45,355 nucleotides of DNA, from IMG/VR virus record IMGVR_UViG_3300010362_000033, positions 1 to 45,355 of that record; one strand, given 5' to 3'. The position numbers and the translations under genes are program-made. Shown piece after piece: positions 15,301-25,457 of this stretch. Position 1 is the first letter of the stretch. Each line of letters begins with the position of its first letter. This DNA is from a virus (taxonomy: Duplodnaviria; Caudoviricetes). The notes under the pieces are model-generated. The model saw only the letters and a list, made by a program, of their open reading frames with translations. It did not search any database and had not been told where the DNA came from.

Positions 15301-16508
15301 CGCGACAGCTCCGGTGTCGGGTCAGGATCGGGGTCCGGTTCGGGATCAGGGTCTGGCGTCGGGGTTTCACGCAACATGGATGCCTCTGCTTTCTTGATGC
15401 CGAAAACCAGCTTCATTCCCGGCGGATCGGTGTTCGGGGTCTCGACGCGCGCGAAGCACTGCCCGTGCCGCTGTTCAAATTCATCCCATGCGCGCTTGAC
15501 GCCGGGATACATCACGTTGTCGTAGTCGTCGCCGGCGACGATGCCGCCGACGCGTACGTGTGGCCACCATGCGTCGAGATCGGCGGCTGTCGACTCGTAG
15601 GAGTGGTCTGCGTCGACGTACAAAAAGTCGATGGGTCCGTCCGTCCATGCGGCAGCGGCTGCGGTCGTGAGCGCTGGCACCAGTCGCACCGACGGCGCGA
15701 CGTGCGCGGCGACGAGATTCGTCGCGCACTCGAAGAGCATCTGCGGCGCCCCGGTGACGGTGCCGCCGTACGCGACGGCGCCCATCCACGTATCGACGCA
15801 GGTCAGCACGCCGCCCCACTGCCGCAGCTCGTGCGCGAAGGCAATCGCCGACGCACCGCGCCACGTGCCCAGCTCGACGCAGCGATGCGGTCGATGCGCA
15901 TGCAGCAGGTCGAGCAGCTGCGGACCGTGATGCAGCCAGCCTTGCGGCAGATGCTGCAGAACTGGCGGCGCCGCCGGCCTGAGATGCGCAATGACATCGG
16001 CGCACCAGACGATCTCGGATGGCGCCCAGCGCATCGACGCGAGAAAGTCGAAGTCGCCTTCGTACCGTGTGCCCCAGCGCCCGAGCTTCGTCTTGTCGTT
16101 CGGGATCAGCATCATTTGCGAGCTGACGTTGCCGACGCGCAGTGCTGGTTCCGACCACAAGACGCGGTCATTCCAGACCATGCGAAACAAGATCGGCTTG
16201 TCGCGGACTGTCGCGCGTGCGTCTTCCATCAGCTGCCGCGCTCCCGGCAGATAGATGTCGTCGTCGTCCATGAACGCGAGATGCTGCCCACGCGCGCGCG
16301 CGATGCCGGCGGTCCGCTCGGCGGCGCCCCAGTTATGACCCCGCGCGCACTCGACGAACGTGCAGCCAGCGACAGCGGCGACCGCTGCCGCCGACGGAGA
16401 CTCACCGACGACCAGCACTTCGTCGTCATCGCCGCGCTGCTGTGTGATCGACTGCAGCGCGCGATACAGCGTCGGTCGACCAATCGTCGGGACGATGAAG
16501 CTAATCAT
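15297..16508 (-). CDS. GT2 glycosyltransferase fused to class I SAM methyltransferase
   Basis: ISFIVPTIGR...FMDDDD (GT-A DxD); then VELGTWRGAS, CVDTW, IDFLYVDADHSY, GGIVAGDDY; C-terminal (PD/PE) repeat. Confidence 0.88.
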   Translation of the reverse strand: MISFIVPTIGRPTLYRALQSITQQRGDDDEVLVVGESPSAAAVAAVAGCTFVECARGHNWGAAERTAGIARARGQHLAFMDDDDIYLPGARQLMEDARATVRDKPILFRMVWNDRVLWSEPALRVGNVSSQMMLIPNDKTKLGRWGTRYEGDFDFLASMRWAPSEIVWCADVIAHLRPAAPPVLQHLPQGWLHHGPQLLDLLHAHRPHRCVELGTWRGASAIAFAHELRQWGGVLTCVDTWMGAVAYGGTVTGAPQMLFECATNLVAAHVAPSVRLVPALTTAAAAAWTDGPIDFLYVDADHSYESTAADLDAWWPHVRVGGIVAGDDYDNVMYPGVKRAWDEFEQRHGQCFARVETPNTDPPGMKLVFGIKKAEASMLRETPTPDPDPEPDPDPDPTPELSR

Positions 16509-16923
16509 TGCGTTCGGTCACTTCGAAGCCGGCGCGCCGCACGAGCGCAATCAACGCCGCGACCATGCGTTGCCGATGACTAATCGCCGCCGGCACTGCT
16601 TGCTGCGGCGGTCGTGCGGCTTTGGCGGCACCGCGTCGCCAGCCCTTCGACGTGCGTCGTTCTTTCGTGCCGTGCTCGTACATCCACACGTGAAAGGCTT
16701 TGCTACGAATGACGGCACGTGCCGAGACGTTCGACCGACTCTGGTCGTCGTACGAAACGTTGCGCTTGAGATTGCCGCTGACTTCGGGATAGTCGGTGAC
16801 GATCTCGCGCATGGCTTCTTTCGCGTGATGCTGCACAATCGCCGTCGCTTCGACCGTCATCTCGTCTGGCAACGCCAGCAGCGCCGCACGTAGCTCGCGC
16901 ATGCCCTGTATTTCGAAGCTCAC
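16501..16923 (-). CDS. HK97 gp10-like neck/tail completion protein
   Basis: IQGMRELRAAL...PEVSGNLKRN...YEHGT motifs and gene position. Confidence 0.8.
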   Translation of the reverse strand: MSFEIQGMRELRAALLALPDEMTVEATAIVQHHAKEAMREIVTDYPEVSGNLKRNVSYDDQSRSNVSARAVIRSKAFHVWMYEHGTKERRTSKGWRRGAAKAARPPQQAVPAAISHRQRMVAALIALVRRAGFEVTERND

Positions 16924-17234
16924 GTGATGATCTCTTCGCAGATGAGCCGTAGCTCGATGTTCGCATCGTTGATGTTCTGCACACCGCGCACGAAGAGTTC
17001 ACGCGTGCGGTCGACGACGATGCGCGTGTCCATCGTGACGCCGGGGTGAAAGCGCATCGTCACCAGATGCTGCACATTGCGCCCGTCGCCGATGGGTCCT
17101 TGCGGCTCGATGTGCGCCCACATTGCCGGCGGCGACAGCGGCTCGAAGAAGCCGTCGCTGTCGTCGGTGTACTTCGGCGAGCGCGACAGCTGCACGAGTT
17201 TGGTCAGCGGACTTACGCGCATTGCTCGTTCCAA
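16920..17234 (-). CDS. Head closure (head-tail adaptor) protein
   Basis: WAHIEP...HLVTMRFHPGVTMDTRIV...LICEE pattern and position. Confidence 0.8.
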   Translation of the reverse strand: MERAMRVSPLTKLVQLSRSPKYTDDSDGFFEPLSPPAMWAHIEPQGPIGDGRNVQHLVTMRFHPGVTMDTRIVVDRTRELFVRGVQNINDANIELRLICEEIIT

Positions 17235-17851
17235 TAGACGCGGTCGATCCAGCAGCGCTCGGCAGCTTGTTCGGCGGCGTGCGCCTGCACGTCGAGCCCG
17301 TCGCGCACCGCGTCGAGATAGGCCACGTACTGCCGTATGCCCTGCTTGATCCGCTCGGGGACCTGCGCCGGCGTCTGCCAGCCGACGACGTACGTGATGC
17401 GCACGGCGTCGTCACGGTCTTGAATGGATGGCCACATTTGCAGCGGCGCGAGTGCGATGCGCGCTGGCCGGCTGAGTGGGTCGACGCGATAGACGCTCGG
17501 GTCGAGCGTCTGCAACACGCCGGTGATGTCGTAGTACTCGACGACTGGCGCCGTCGTGACGTCGGTCTGCAGCGGCGCCGCCATCGGCAGCGACATCAGA
17601 TCCGCGAAGGCTGCGCGCTGCAGCCGCCACGTCTGCGTCAGCAAGCCACGATTCAGCGTGTCTTCGGCGGCTTCGCGTGCGGTCTTGATGTAGCGATTCA
17701 GATTGACGTTGTTGTCGTCGGTCGTGAGCCGCACCTGATCTTTCGCTTCGCTGATCGTGATCGGTTCGACGACCGGCTCGACGATGCGCGCCCACGTCGC
17801 TACGACTGCGCGCCCCGGTGCATACGGTGACAGGTCGAGCTGAAACGCCAT
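17213..17851 (-). CDS. Head-tail connector (gp6-like)
   Basis: EPITISEAKDQVRL...YIKTAREAAE...LLTQTW...VRITYVVGW...VPERIKQGI. Confidence 0.88.
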   Translation of the reverse strand: MAFQLDLSPYAPGRAVVATWARIVEPVVEPITISEAKDQVRLTTDDNNVNLNRYIKTAREAAEDTLNRGLLTQTWRLQRAAFADLMSLPMAAPLQTDVTTAPVVEYYDITGVLQTLDPSVYRVDPLSRPARIALAPLQMWPSIQDRDDAVRITYVVGWQTPAQVPERIKQGIRQYVAYLDAVRDGLDVQAHAAEQAAERCWIDRVYWNEQCA

Positions 17852-18066
17852 CAGTGGCGCCCCTTCTTCGTGACCGCACGCTCGACGTCGGGCGCATCAG
17901 CGACGGCGTCAGCCGGATCGGTGTCTTCGCGAATCAGTTCGGCACTGCCGTCTTTGAGCCATGCGCGCATCTCTGGCGTCAGCGTCTGCACATGGATCTG
18001 CTGCCCCGGCTGGAATGGCGCATCGGGGCTGAGACTGGGTACAAGTGTGAGAAACCGCAGAATCAT
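17851..18066 (-). CDS. Small protein downstream of capsid
   Basis: 71-aa ORF coupled to the connector start. Confidence 0.6.
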   Translation of the reverse strand: MILRFLTLVPSLSPDAPFQPGQQIHVQTLTPEMRAWLKDGSAELIREDTDPADAVADAPDVERAVTKKGRH

Positions 18067-18133
18067 GATGTCGTCTCGCCCGAGTCACCGACGCAGCGCG
18101 CCGGTGACCCGTCGGCAAAATGCGCGCGCGTGT

Positions 18134-19540
18134 TTAGGGCTGCGCTAGGTACTTGATCGGATTCGTGCCGGCATCGAGCAGGTCGCCGTCGGAGCGTGCG
18201 AACGCCAAAAACGCGACCTGTCCGAACTCGGCGAAGCGCTCGTCGAGCCGGCGCAATTCGATCTGCATGACGTCGCGAATGATGTATTTGGAAAAGTCGC
18301 CGAACAGAATCGACTTCGCTGCCGATGCTGGCGCCGCCATCGACTGATTGATGGTGTACGGGTACCCCGCAATCGTGTCGGGCTGGCCCACGACCAGCGA
18401 CGGTTGCCACAGTGGTACGCCCGATGGGTCACCGGAGTACTGCAGCACCTTGATTTTTTTCAGCATCTTGAGTGCCGCGTCATGGAACATGAAGCGCGAC
18501 CCCGCGCGATACGCCGGATCGATGCTGTGAATCAGATCGATCATGTTGTCGTAGCTCACCGTTGTCGCTGTCGCACCGGTGACGCCCGAGTTCGCCGCTG
18601 CATTGACGACGCCCTTCGGCTGGCCAGTGCCGCTGCCGGTCGTGAAGTGATCGTTCTGAATCCGTCCGATGCGATTGGCGAGCGCGGAACCGATGAATTC
18701 CGGCACATTGATCGAGCTGTCCTGCATGAACTCAATCGACGCCAGAATGTATTTGCTGCTGTACTTGAAGGCGTCGAGCACCAGCTGCCCGAACGTCATT
18801 TCGAGTTCGTTGTTGACAAGGTTCTCGCCGATGATCTCGCCTTTGTTGCTGGTGTCGTTCGTCGTCGGAATCGGCAGCGGTCCACCGGTGTCGGTGCGCA
18901 AGACCGTCGAGACGGTACGCATGCCGCCGAACGCGAGCAGCGCGACTTCGAGCGCGCGCATGGCGGCGTCAGCGGTCGTATAACCGCCGGTCGTGGTCGT
19001 CGACTGCGCAGCGGTCAGCGCGGCGCGCTTCTCATCCATGCGGGTCTGCCATGCACGAATGTCGTCGGGCTGCACCGCGAGACCGTCGATTGACGGTCGG
19101 GTCGGGCGCATCGGGGGACCGAAGTGCATGTAAATCTGCCGCGCATCGAGATCGAAGCCGCAGCGCTTCGCCAGATCTTTTTGCCCTTGCGACAGCTCAT
19201 AGCGCGAGCCGGCGAGCGCCCATGCGCGAAAGGCTTCGATCCGGTCGGCTTCGGTGACCCGTGCGGTCGTGCGTTCGCGTTCGCGTCGCTGTTCCTGATT
19301 CGCGGGGTTTGGCGGTTCGGTGCGACGCCCTTCGGATTCGCCGTACGACTCTTGCTGCGCGATGCGTTCGAGATGCTTGTTGATGCGGGTCAGCTCGTCG
19401 TGAATCGTGTTGAACTGCTTCTCTTCATCGCCGAGCAGATCGAAGCGATGCTCGTCAGCGGCTTTCTGCAGAATCGCGTCAGAGTTTTGAATCAGTTCTG
19501 ACTTGCGCTGCATCAGCTCGGTCGTTTGCGGATTCGCCAT
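18134..19540 (-). CDS. Major capsid protein, HK97 fold
   Basis: N-terminal coiled-coil delta domain, GGYT, GSGTGQPKG, ILFGDFSKY, GQVAFLAFARSDG. Confidence 0.95.
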   Translation of the reverse strand: MANPQTTELMQRKSELIQNSDAILQKAADEHRFDLLGDEEKQFNTIHDELTRINKHLERIAQQESYGESEGRRTEPPNPANQEQRRERERTTARVTEADRIEAFRAWALAGSRYELSQGQKDLAKRCGFDLDARQIYMHFGPPMRPTRPSIDGLAVQPDDIRAWQTRMDEKRAALTAAQSTTTTGGYTTADAAMRALEVALLAFGGMRTVSTVLRTDTGGPLPIPTTNDTSNKGEIIGENLVNNELEMTFGQLVLDAFKYSSKYILASIEFMQDSSINVPEFIGSALANRIGRIQNDHFTTGSGTGQPKGVVNAAANSGVTGATATTVSYDNMIDLIHSIDPAYRAGSRFMFHDAALKMLKKIKVLQYSGDPSGVPLWQPSLVVGQPDTIAGYPYTINQSMAAPASAAKSILFGDFSKYIIRDVMQIELRRLDERFAEFGQVAFLAFARSDGDLLDAGTNPIKYLAQP

Positions 19541-19726
19541 GAGACACCACACCTGTTGAAAGGCGTCGCGTCTCTCTATCGCCGCAGAGAGTCACTTCGC
19601 AGAATGGATGCGTGAAGGCGCGACCTGATCGCCGCCAGATCGCAAGATGTTTCGCGCGCGCTCGACTATGCCCGAAACGTTGTGCACGCCATGCGTCAGG
19701 GGTAACGCTTCAGAAATAAATTCGCG

Positions 19727-20302
19727 TCACCGCAAGCTGCGCAGTGTGTGCAGCCGACGCAGCCAGACGAGCCGCGACCCCTTGTGCTGGGAATACGCCG
19801 CGTTCAGCGAGCGCTTTGCGACGTCGACATTCGTCGCTTCGTAGGCGGGAAACGTGACGACGCTGATTTCGCGTACGTCCATATCCCAGATCGTACGCAG
19901 TGGCGGGTCTTCTTCGAAGTTCCACTCGTCGTCGAGCGCGCGAAAGCCGAACGACATGCCCGACACGTCGCCGCGCTCGATGGAGCGCAGAATGTCAGCG
20001 ACGTAACTAATCTGCGGGTCCGGCTCGATGCGTGCGCGCAGCCCTTGCGTCTGCTTGCGGAGCGTGAGCGTGCCGGCTCGCGTGCGCGCAAGAATCTTCG
20101 CGGTGTCATGGTCGACGAGCGCGCGCACATCGGCGTCACTTTTGAGCGTGCGGTCGACGGCTTCGGGCGCAATGATCTCGACGAAGCCGCCCAGATCGAC
20201 CGACCGACTATTAAAGACAATCGGCAGCGCATCGAGATACCGCCCCTTCTCGTCGATGGCGACGCGGCTGTCGAGCAGCGCGCGATATTCGAGATCAGCC
20301 AT
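19727..20302 (-). CDS. Prohead protease, HK97 family
   Basis: FNSRSVDLGGFVEII, DVRALVDHD, GDVSGMSFGF, EISVVTFPAY. Confidence 0.95.
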   Translation of the reverse strand: MADLEYRALLDSRVAIDEKGRYLDALPIVFNSRSVDLGGFVEIIAPEAVDRTLKSDADVRALVDHDTAKILARTRAGTLTLRKQTQGLRARIEPDPQISYVADILRSIERGDVSGMSFGFRALDDEWNFEEDPPLRTIWDMDVREISVVTFPAYEATNVDVAKRSLNAAYSQHKGSRLVWLRRLHTLRSLR

Positions 20303-22712
20303 GATGCAGCCCTTCTCGCAAGATGCGATCTGCGGTGTCGCTGGCGCGGTGTCGTTCCCAGTGCTGCAAGACGCCGTTCAGCTCGGTGATGAAGTCCTGA
20401 TCGGTGCGCGCATCGGCGACGTCGCGTAGCTCGCGCTCGGACGCCTGCACATAGGTCGTGACAAACGCGCTGAGCTGTGTTTCCGAGTGCTCGCGATTCG
20501 CGCTGTCCAGCCATGCCGCGACGACCGGTCGCAGCGCATCGCGACAGACGTCGGCGTGCACCTGATAGAACGAGTCCAGCCAGTGCCGGAACTTCTCACG
20601 CGACATCTGGTGCTTGCGTGCGCGGTCAATCTCGCGTTGCAGCAAGCGCTGAAACGTTTCGACCAGCAAGCCGCGATGCGCGACTTTGACGGCGCGCAGC
20701 TGGTCGTCGCGCGTGATGACCTGCGCACGTGCGGTCTCGAACTCGGCTTCGGCGACGCGACGCGCGGCGATACTGGCGGCCGTGGCTTGCTGCGCTTCGG
20801 CGAGCTGTGCGCGCAGCGTCTCGATCATCGCGTCGGCTTCGCTTTTCGCCGCAGTCACTTGCTGCATGCCGACGACCAATCTGACGACTTGCACTTCTGC
20901 TTCACGCTCAGCAGACTGCGCGGCTGTCGCCGCGTCTGTCGCGAGCTTGCGTGCTTCGTCATGGCGTGCGGCGACCTGCTCGGCTTCGGCTTTCGCGGTG
21001 TCGAGTTCGCGCACGCGTGTCGACAGCAGCGTCGAATCGGCGAGCGCTTTCTCGGCAATCGCTTCAGCTGCGGCGCATTGCACGGCTTCACTGGCGGCAC
21101 GCTCGTCAGCCGCCTTGATTGCGGCCTGCGCATCGTCGAGCGCCTGCGTCAGTGACGACACGGTGCGTTGCTGCTCGACGATCTGCGCGCGCAGCGTCTC
21201 GATCTCGCTGGTCTGCGCGCGCGTCAGCGTGTCGAACGCTTTGATTTCCGCTGCGCTCACGGCTGCTTGCGTGCGTGCGGCTTCGGCGTCGGCCAGCGCG
21301 TCGAGCTGCTGTCTCAGTGTCGCTGTCGCGTCGGTCAGCTGCCGCTGCAGCGCGTCGATCTGTTCGCGCGTCGGCTTTGTCGGCGTTGTCTCAGTATTCG
21401 TCGGCGGCGCCGCCTCTGGCTTCGCCGTCGGGTCCGGGATCTTGTCAGCCGGCCACATATTCGCCGGCACCAGAAAGACTTGCCCCTGACCGTTCGGCAA
21501 CGGTGAGAGATTTTCCCAGTCGCGAATATCGTCGGCACACAGCCAGCCCCACTGACGGCCAATCGCGTACGCCCGGTACCGACTTTCGGTGTCGCCGCGC
21601 AACAGCGCATCCATGACGTGCTCACAGAACTGCTGCTGCTGTTCGAGCGGCGAGATCAGTTTGCGATTAAGTTCTTGTTCCCAGCGCACGAGCCAGCCGC
21701 GCAGACAGCTGATGACGTAGTCGATGGATTGCTGCTCGATGTTCGAGAACGTCGCGCGGTCGAGTGCGCCGATCTTGTGTGGCGGCAAGTTCAGCCAGCG
21801 CGCCTGCTCTTCGATCTGAAACTTGCGTGTTTCGAGAAATTGCGCGTCGTCAGGTGGGATGCCGATCCGCGTATAGCTGGCGCCGTTGTAGAGTGCCAGC
21901 AGCTTGTGTGCGCGCGCGACGCCTTGATGCTTGCCTTCGAGCTGTTCGCGGTAACTCTTCTCTGACAGCTCGGTCGGTCGTGCACCGGGGTAACTGATCA
22001 CGCCGCCGAACGTCGCACCGTTCCCGAAAAACGTCGCGCCGAAGCGCTCTGTCGCGATGCCGAGTCCAATGGAGTCGCGCGCCTTCGCAATCAGCGAATA
22101 GCCGACGAGCCCGTCATAGCCGAGCCCATGAATGTGCAACACGTCTGCTGCCGGCAGCGTGACTGACGGTCCGTCGATGCCGGTGACGCGGTACCGCAGT
22201 GCCCCGCGCGCATCGCGATATGGTGCGACGCGGTCAGGGGTCAGCGGCCAGAGTGCGACCGGTCGATTCGCGCTGTCGCGTTCGATCTCCGCGTACGCGT
22301 TGCCCCACGTCAACACGTGCGCCTGCATGATCTCGCGCGCCGTCATCGACGACATCTCGGGATTGAATTCGTCGTGCAGTAAGCCGTAGATCCATGAGTC
22401 CGTGTACTTTTGCTTGCCGAACGGCTTCAGACGCTTGTAATGAAACAGCGGCAGCGATGCGACGTCGCGACTAATCAGCTGCACGCCAGAAAAGAACGGG
22501 GCATAGGTCAGCGCCGTTTCACTGCTGACCGTCACGCCCGTCGCTGACGGCGTCGTGCCCCAGAACTCATTCCAGCCGTCGTGCGAACTCGACGAGATCG
22601 GACTGCGCCAGTACGACCGCACGGCAGTCACCGCGCCGCGTACGCGCTGCAAGAGTGACGGCTGCTCGCGTGCGAGCGTCAGCGTTTGTATGTGCGCCAT
22701 GTTCAGATCCAC
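20295..22712 (-). CDS. Portal protein, HK97 family, with long C-terminal extension
   Basis: WGNAYAEIER, VLHIHGLGYDGLVGYS, DAQFLETRKFQ, ATFSNIEQQ; ~380 extra residues after the portal core. Confidence 0.93.
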   Translation of the reverse strand: MDLNMAHIQTLTLAREQPSLLQRVRGAVTAVRSYWRSPISSSSHDGWNEFWGTTPSATGVTVSSETALTYAPFFSGVQLISRDVASLPLFHYKRLKPFGKQKYTDSWIYGLLHDEFNPEMSSMTAREIMQAHVLTWGNAYAEIERDSANRPVALWPLTPDRVAPYRDARGALRYRVTGIDGPSVTLPAADVLHIHGLGYDGLVGYSLIAKARDSIGLGIATERFGATFFGNGATFGGVISYPGARPTELSEKSYREQLEGKHQGVARAHKLLALYNGASYTRIGIPPDDAQFLETRKFQIEEQARWLNLPPHKIGALDRATFSNIEQQSIDYVISCLRGWLVRWEQELNRKLISPLEQQQQFCEHVMDALLRGDTESRYRAYAIGRQWGWLCADDIRDWENLSPLPNGQGQVFLVPANMWPADKIPDPTAKPEAAPPTNTETTPTKPTREQIDALQRQLTDATATLRQQLDALADAEAARTQAAVSAAEIKAFDTLTRAQTSEIETLRAQIVEQQRTVSSLTQALDDAQAAIKAADERAASEAVQCAAAEAIAEKALADSTLLSTRVRELDTAKAEAEQVAARHDEARKLATDAATAAQSAEREAEVQVVRLVVGMQQVTAAKSEADAMIETLRAQLAEAQQATAASIAARRVAEAEFETARAQVITRDDQLRAVKVAHRGLLVETFQRLLQREIDRARKHQMSREKFRHWLDSFYQVHADVCRDALRPVVAAWLDSANREHSETQLSAFVTTYVQASERELRDVADARTDQDFITELNGVLQHWERHRASDTADRILREGLHHG

Positions 22713-24391
22713 TCCGCCATCACGCCGTCGTTATGCGTGATTGGCATGCGTAGCCACAGCGACATTGCTATCGTCGGCGCGATGACCGGATCGATCCGGC
22801 CACGCGAGCGCCCCTTCGCGAACATGAGATTGCCCTTACCGTCGTGCTGGTCGACGACGTTCGAGACCGCCCACGCCGTCACCGGACAACCGCCGGCGTC
22901 GACGTTGCCGGCGAGAATTTCGGCTTGCATGCGCAGACACGCACTCGACATGCCCTGATAGGTCTGCGGCACCGGCAGCACTTGTTCAGCGGTGAAGCCG
23001 TCTTCGCGTACGAGCTGGTCGATCAGCGTGTCGGCGTGCCACGGGTCGAAGCCGATCCGCTCGATGTCGTAGCGCGTGCGGCACTCGGCGAGCGCGCCGC
23101 GTATGAGTTGATGATCGATGCGTGTGCCGTCGCACGCCGTCAGCCAGCCCTGCGCCGACCAGATGTCATACGGTGCGCGGTCCCGGTGCGCACGGTCCCG
23201 CAGCGTCTCGGCTGGCGTCCAGATGCGCTGCACGATGCAGAGTTGCGGTCGACCGGTCGTCGGGGGAAACACCAGCGACAGCACGCACAGATCGATCTTC
23301 GACGCGAGATCGATACCGACGAAGCACGGCTCGTGTGCAAGCGCGGCTTCGAACGCCTCGCGCGCGCGCAGCGATTGCCCCTTGCGCCAGCCATCGACCG
23401 ACAAGCACGGCGCCGCTGCATTGACCCACAAGTTCAAGCGTTTCTGTTTGAAGGTCGCTGCGGCTGCAGGAATCCCGCGCGCTTTTGTCGCGAGCGCGCG
23501 CATGTCGTCGGGCTTGATCGAGATGCCCCAATTGGGATTCGCTTTCTGCCACGTGCGCTCGTCGAGCCAGTCGTCAGCATCGTCGGCGTGCGCGATGAAC
23601 GCGAAGTACGTCTCGTCGGTCAAGACGCCGTCGAGAATCTTGCCGGCGTAGTCGTGTTCATCGCCGCCGGGACTGACCGGATTATCGCCAGCGGTCGTGA
23701 TCTTGAAGAATAGCGGCTGGCGTCGCGCGCCGGTCGCTGTCTCCATGACGTCGAGCAGCTGCCGGTCTTTGTAGGCGTGCAGCTCGTCGGCGCTGACCGC
23801 ATGCGGATTCAAGCCGTCGGTCGAATCGTGATCCGCCCCGAGCGGTTCGAGCTTCGACGACGTCTCGTCGCGATGCAGGTTCGCGACTTGTATCGTGATG
23901 CGCGCACGCAAACTCGACGAGCGCACCAGATGCTTGCAGTCGTTGAACACGAGCCGCGCTTGATCACGCTTCGTCGCGATGCAGTACCCTTCGGCCCCCG
24001 GTTCCTTGTCGAAAAACGCGACATACAGCATCACGACGGCAGCTTCGAGTGACTTGCCGTTCTTGCGCGGCAGCTCGTTGTATGCCGTGCGAAAGCGGCG
24101 CAGCTTCGTTTCGTGATGCAGCCAGCCGAAGATCGACCCGAGCCGGAACAGCTGATGCGGCTGCAGCTCGATATGTTGTCCGGCCCATTCCCCTTTGTAG
24201 TGCTTGAGCTGTTCGGCGAATCGGAAAAACCGCGACGCGGCTTTGCCGTCGAAGTACCACGGAAAGTCCGGCGACCGTTCGCGCGCGCGATCTCGCACGT
24301 GTCGCGCGCACGCCAGCTTGTGATACTTGCCAGCTGGGATGCGACCGGCGACGACGTCGCGCGCGTACGTGTCGACAACGTGCTCGGTCAT
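22703..24391 (-). CDS. terL: Terminase large subunit
   Basis: Walker A PRKNGKS, Walker B ADELH, ITTAG, GIDLAS, FDPW and RIDP motifs. Confidence 0.96.
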   Translation of the reverse strand: MTEHVVDTYARDVVAGRIPAGKYHKLACARHVRDRARERSPDFPWYFDGKAASRFFRFAEQLKHYKGEWAGQHIELQPHQLFRLGSIFGWLHHETKLRRFRTAYNELPRKNGKSLEAAVVMLYVAFFDKEPGAEGYCIATKRDQARLVFNDCKHLVRSSSLRARITIQVANLHRDETSSKLEPLGADHDSTDGLNPHAVSADELHAYKDRQLLDVMETATGARRQPLFFKITTAGDNPVSPGGDEHDYAGKILDGVLTDETYFAFIAHADDADDWLDERTWQKANPNWGISIKPDDMRALATKARGIPAAAATFKQKRLNLWVNAAAPCLSVDGWRKGQSLRAREAFEAALAHEPCFVGIDLASKIDLCVLSLVFPPTTGRPQLCIVQRIWTPAETLRDRAHRDRAPYDIWSAQGWLTACDGTRIDHQLIRGALAECRTRYDIERIGFDPWHADTLIDQLVREDGFTAEQVLPVPQTYQGMSSACLRMQAEILAGNVDAGGCPVTAWAVSNVVDQHDGKGNLMFAKGRSRGRIDPVIAPTIAMSLWLRMPITHNDGVMAEWI

Positions 24392-24930
24392 TGCAGCGTG
24401 TCGGGCGGTTCGTCGAATTCGTCGAACGGGTCACGCGGTGGCGCCGGATCGGTGACGAGCGGCTTACCGAAGGGGTTAATCGCGTAGTCTTTCGACCAGC
24501 TGCGAATGTCTTTCTCTAAGACCTGCGACCGCGTGATCAGTGGATGCGCTTTGATCTCGGTCTGCTCTTGCCCAGCGCCGTCAATCGTGACTTTGAGATA
24601 TGTCTCGCCGTCTTTCTCGATCAGCTGCTGCCACCGACGGAGCCGCACGACTGCCGCACACAGCCGCGCGAACGATGCCGCTGTCTGCGCTGTCAACGTG
24701 CCGGCGCGCTGCGCATGCGGCGCAAGGTCGAGCCAGACGGCACGCTGGTCGTCGGTCAGCGATGCCGGTACATCGAGCGCGACGACCGGTCGACTCGCAG
24801 CATTAGGCGACCCCTTCGCGTCGTTTCTAGACCCTTTGGCGCGCCTTGATGCCCGTTTCCCGTGCAAGAACGACTGTTCGGCGCTTTTCGGTTTGGCGCC
24901 GGCGCCGACCCGAAACCCCCCAGACCCCAC
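24388..24930 (-). CDS. terS: Terminase small subunit (P27-like)
   Basis: GGFRVGAGAKPK N-terminus and KAHPLI motif; directly upstream of terL. Confidence 0.85.
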   Translation of the reverse strand: MGSGGFRVGAGAKPKSAEQSFLHGKRASRRAKGSRNDAKGSPNAASRPVVALDVPASLTDDQRAVWLDLAPHAQRAGTLTAQTAASFARLCAAVVRLRRWQQLIEKDGETYLKVTIDGAGQEQTEIKAHPLITRSQVLEKDIRSWSKDYAINPFGKPLVTDPAPPRDPFDEFDEPPDTLQ

Positions 24931-25133
24931 GGTGCCCCCCTGTCGTTTTCCGGTGACAATTTGGTCAAACCCCGAACTCTTGAAACCGCGCGCGCGCGAC
25001 GGAAGCTCCAGCGCGGTTTGAACGCTCGCGCCGGCCAGCGATTACAGGTGCCCTACCCTGTCGTGTCGACCCACGTGTCAACGCGTGCGCGTGTCACGTG
25101 TCGCGCGTGGCGAGTCGGGTCTCGCACGCGCCG

Positions 25134-25457
25134 TCACGCACCGCTGCCGGTCTTGCGCGCATGACATCGCACGCACAGCCCCTGCAGGTTCGCGCGGTCC
25201 CAGAACAACGCCTCATCCCCACGGTGCGGCACGATGTGGTCGACGTCGTGACTGGGTAGACGGTCACACTCCCGGCACACTGGTTCGTCGCTGAGTACCT
25301 GAATGCGCAGCGCACGCCAGCGTGCCGTGTAGTACCAGCGACGCGCTGTCTGGTTCGGTCGTGCGCGCTCACGCTGGCGTGCGTGGTACGCACAGCGGCC
25401 ACGCTCGACCAGCTCGCCGCACGTCGGTTCTGCGCAGTAGCGCAGCGGTGTACGCAT
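25134..25457 (-). CDS. HNH endonuclease (packaging-associated)
   Basis: CRECD...VDHIVPHRGD..LFWDRANLQGLCVRCHARKT. Confidence 0.92.
   Translation of the reverse strand: MRTPLRYCAEPTCGELVERGRCAYHARQRERARPNQTARRWYYTARWRALRIQVLSDEPVCRECDRLPSHDVDHIVPHRGDEALFWDRANLQGLCVRCHARKTGSGA

Noticed and set aside
24931-25133. cos site between HNH and terS
   Set aside because: The position is plausible for HNH/P27-type packaging, but I cannot identify a specific cohesive-end sequence.
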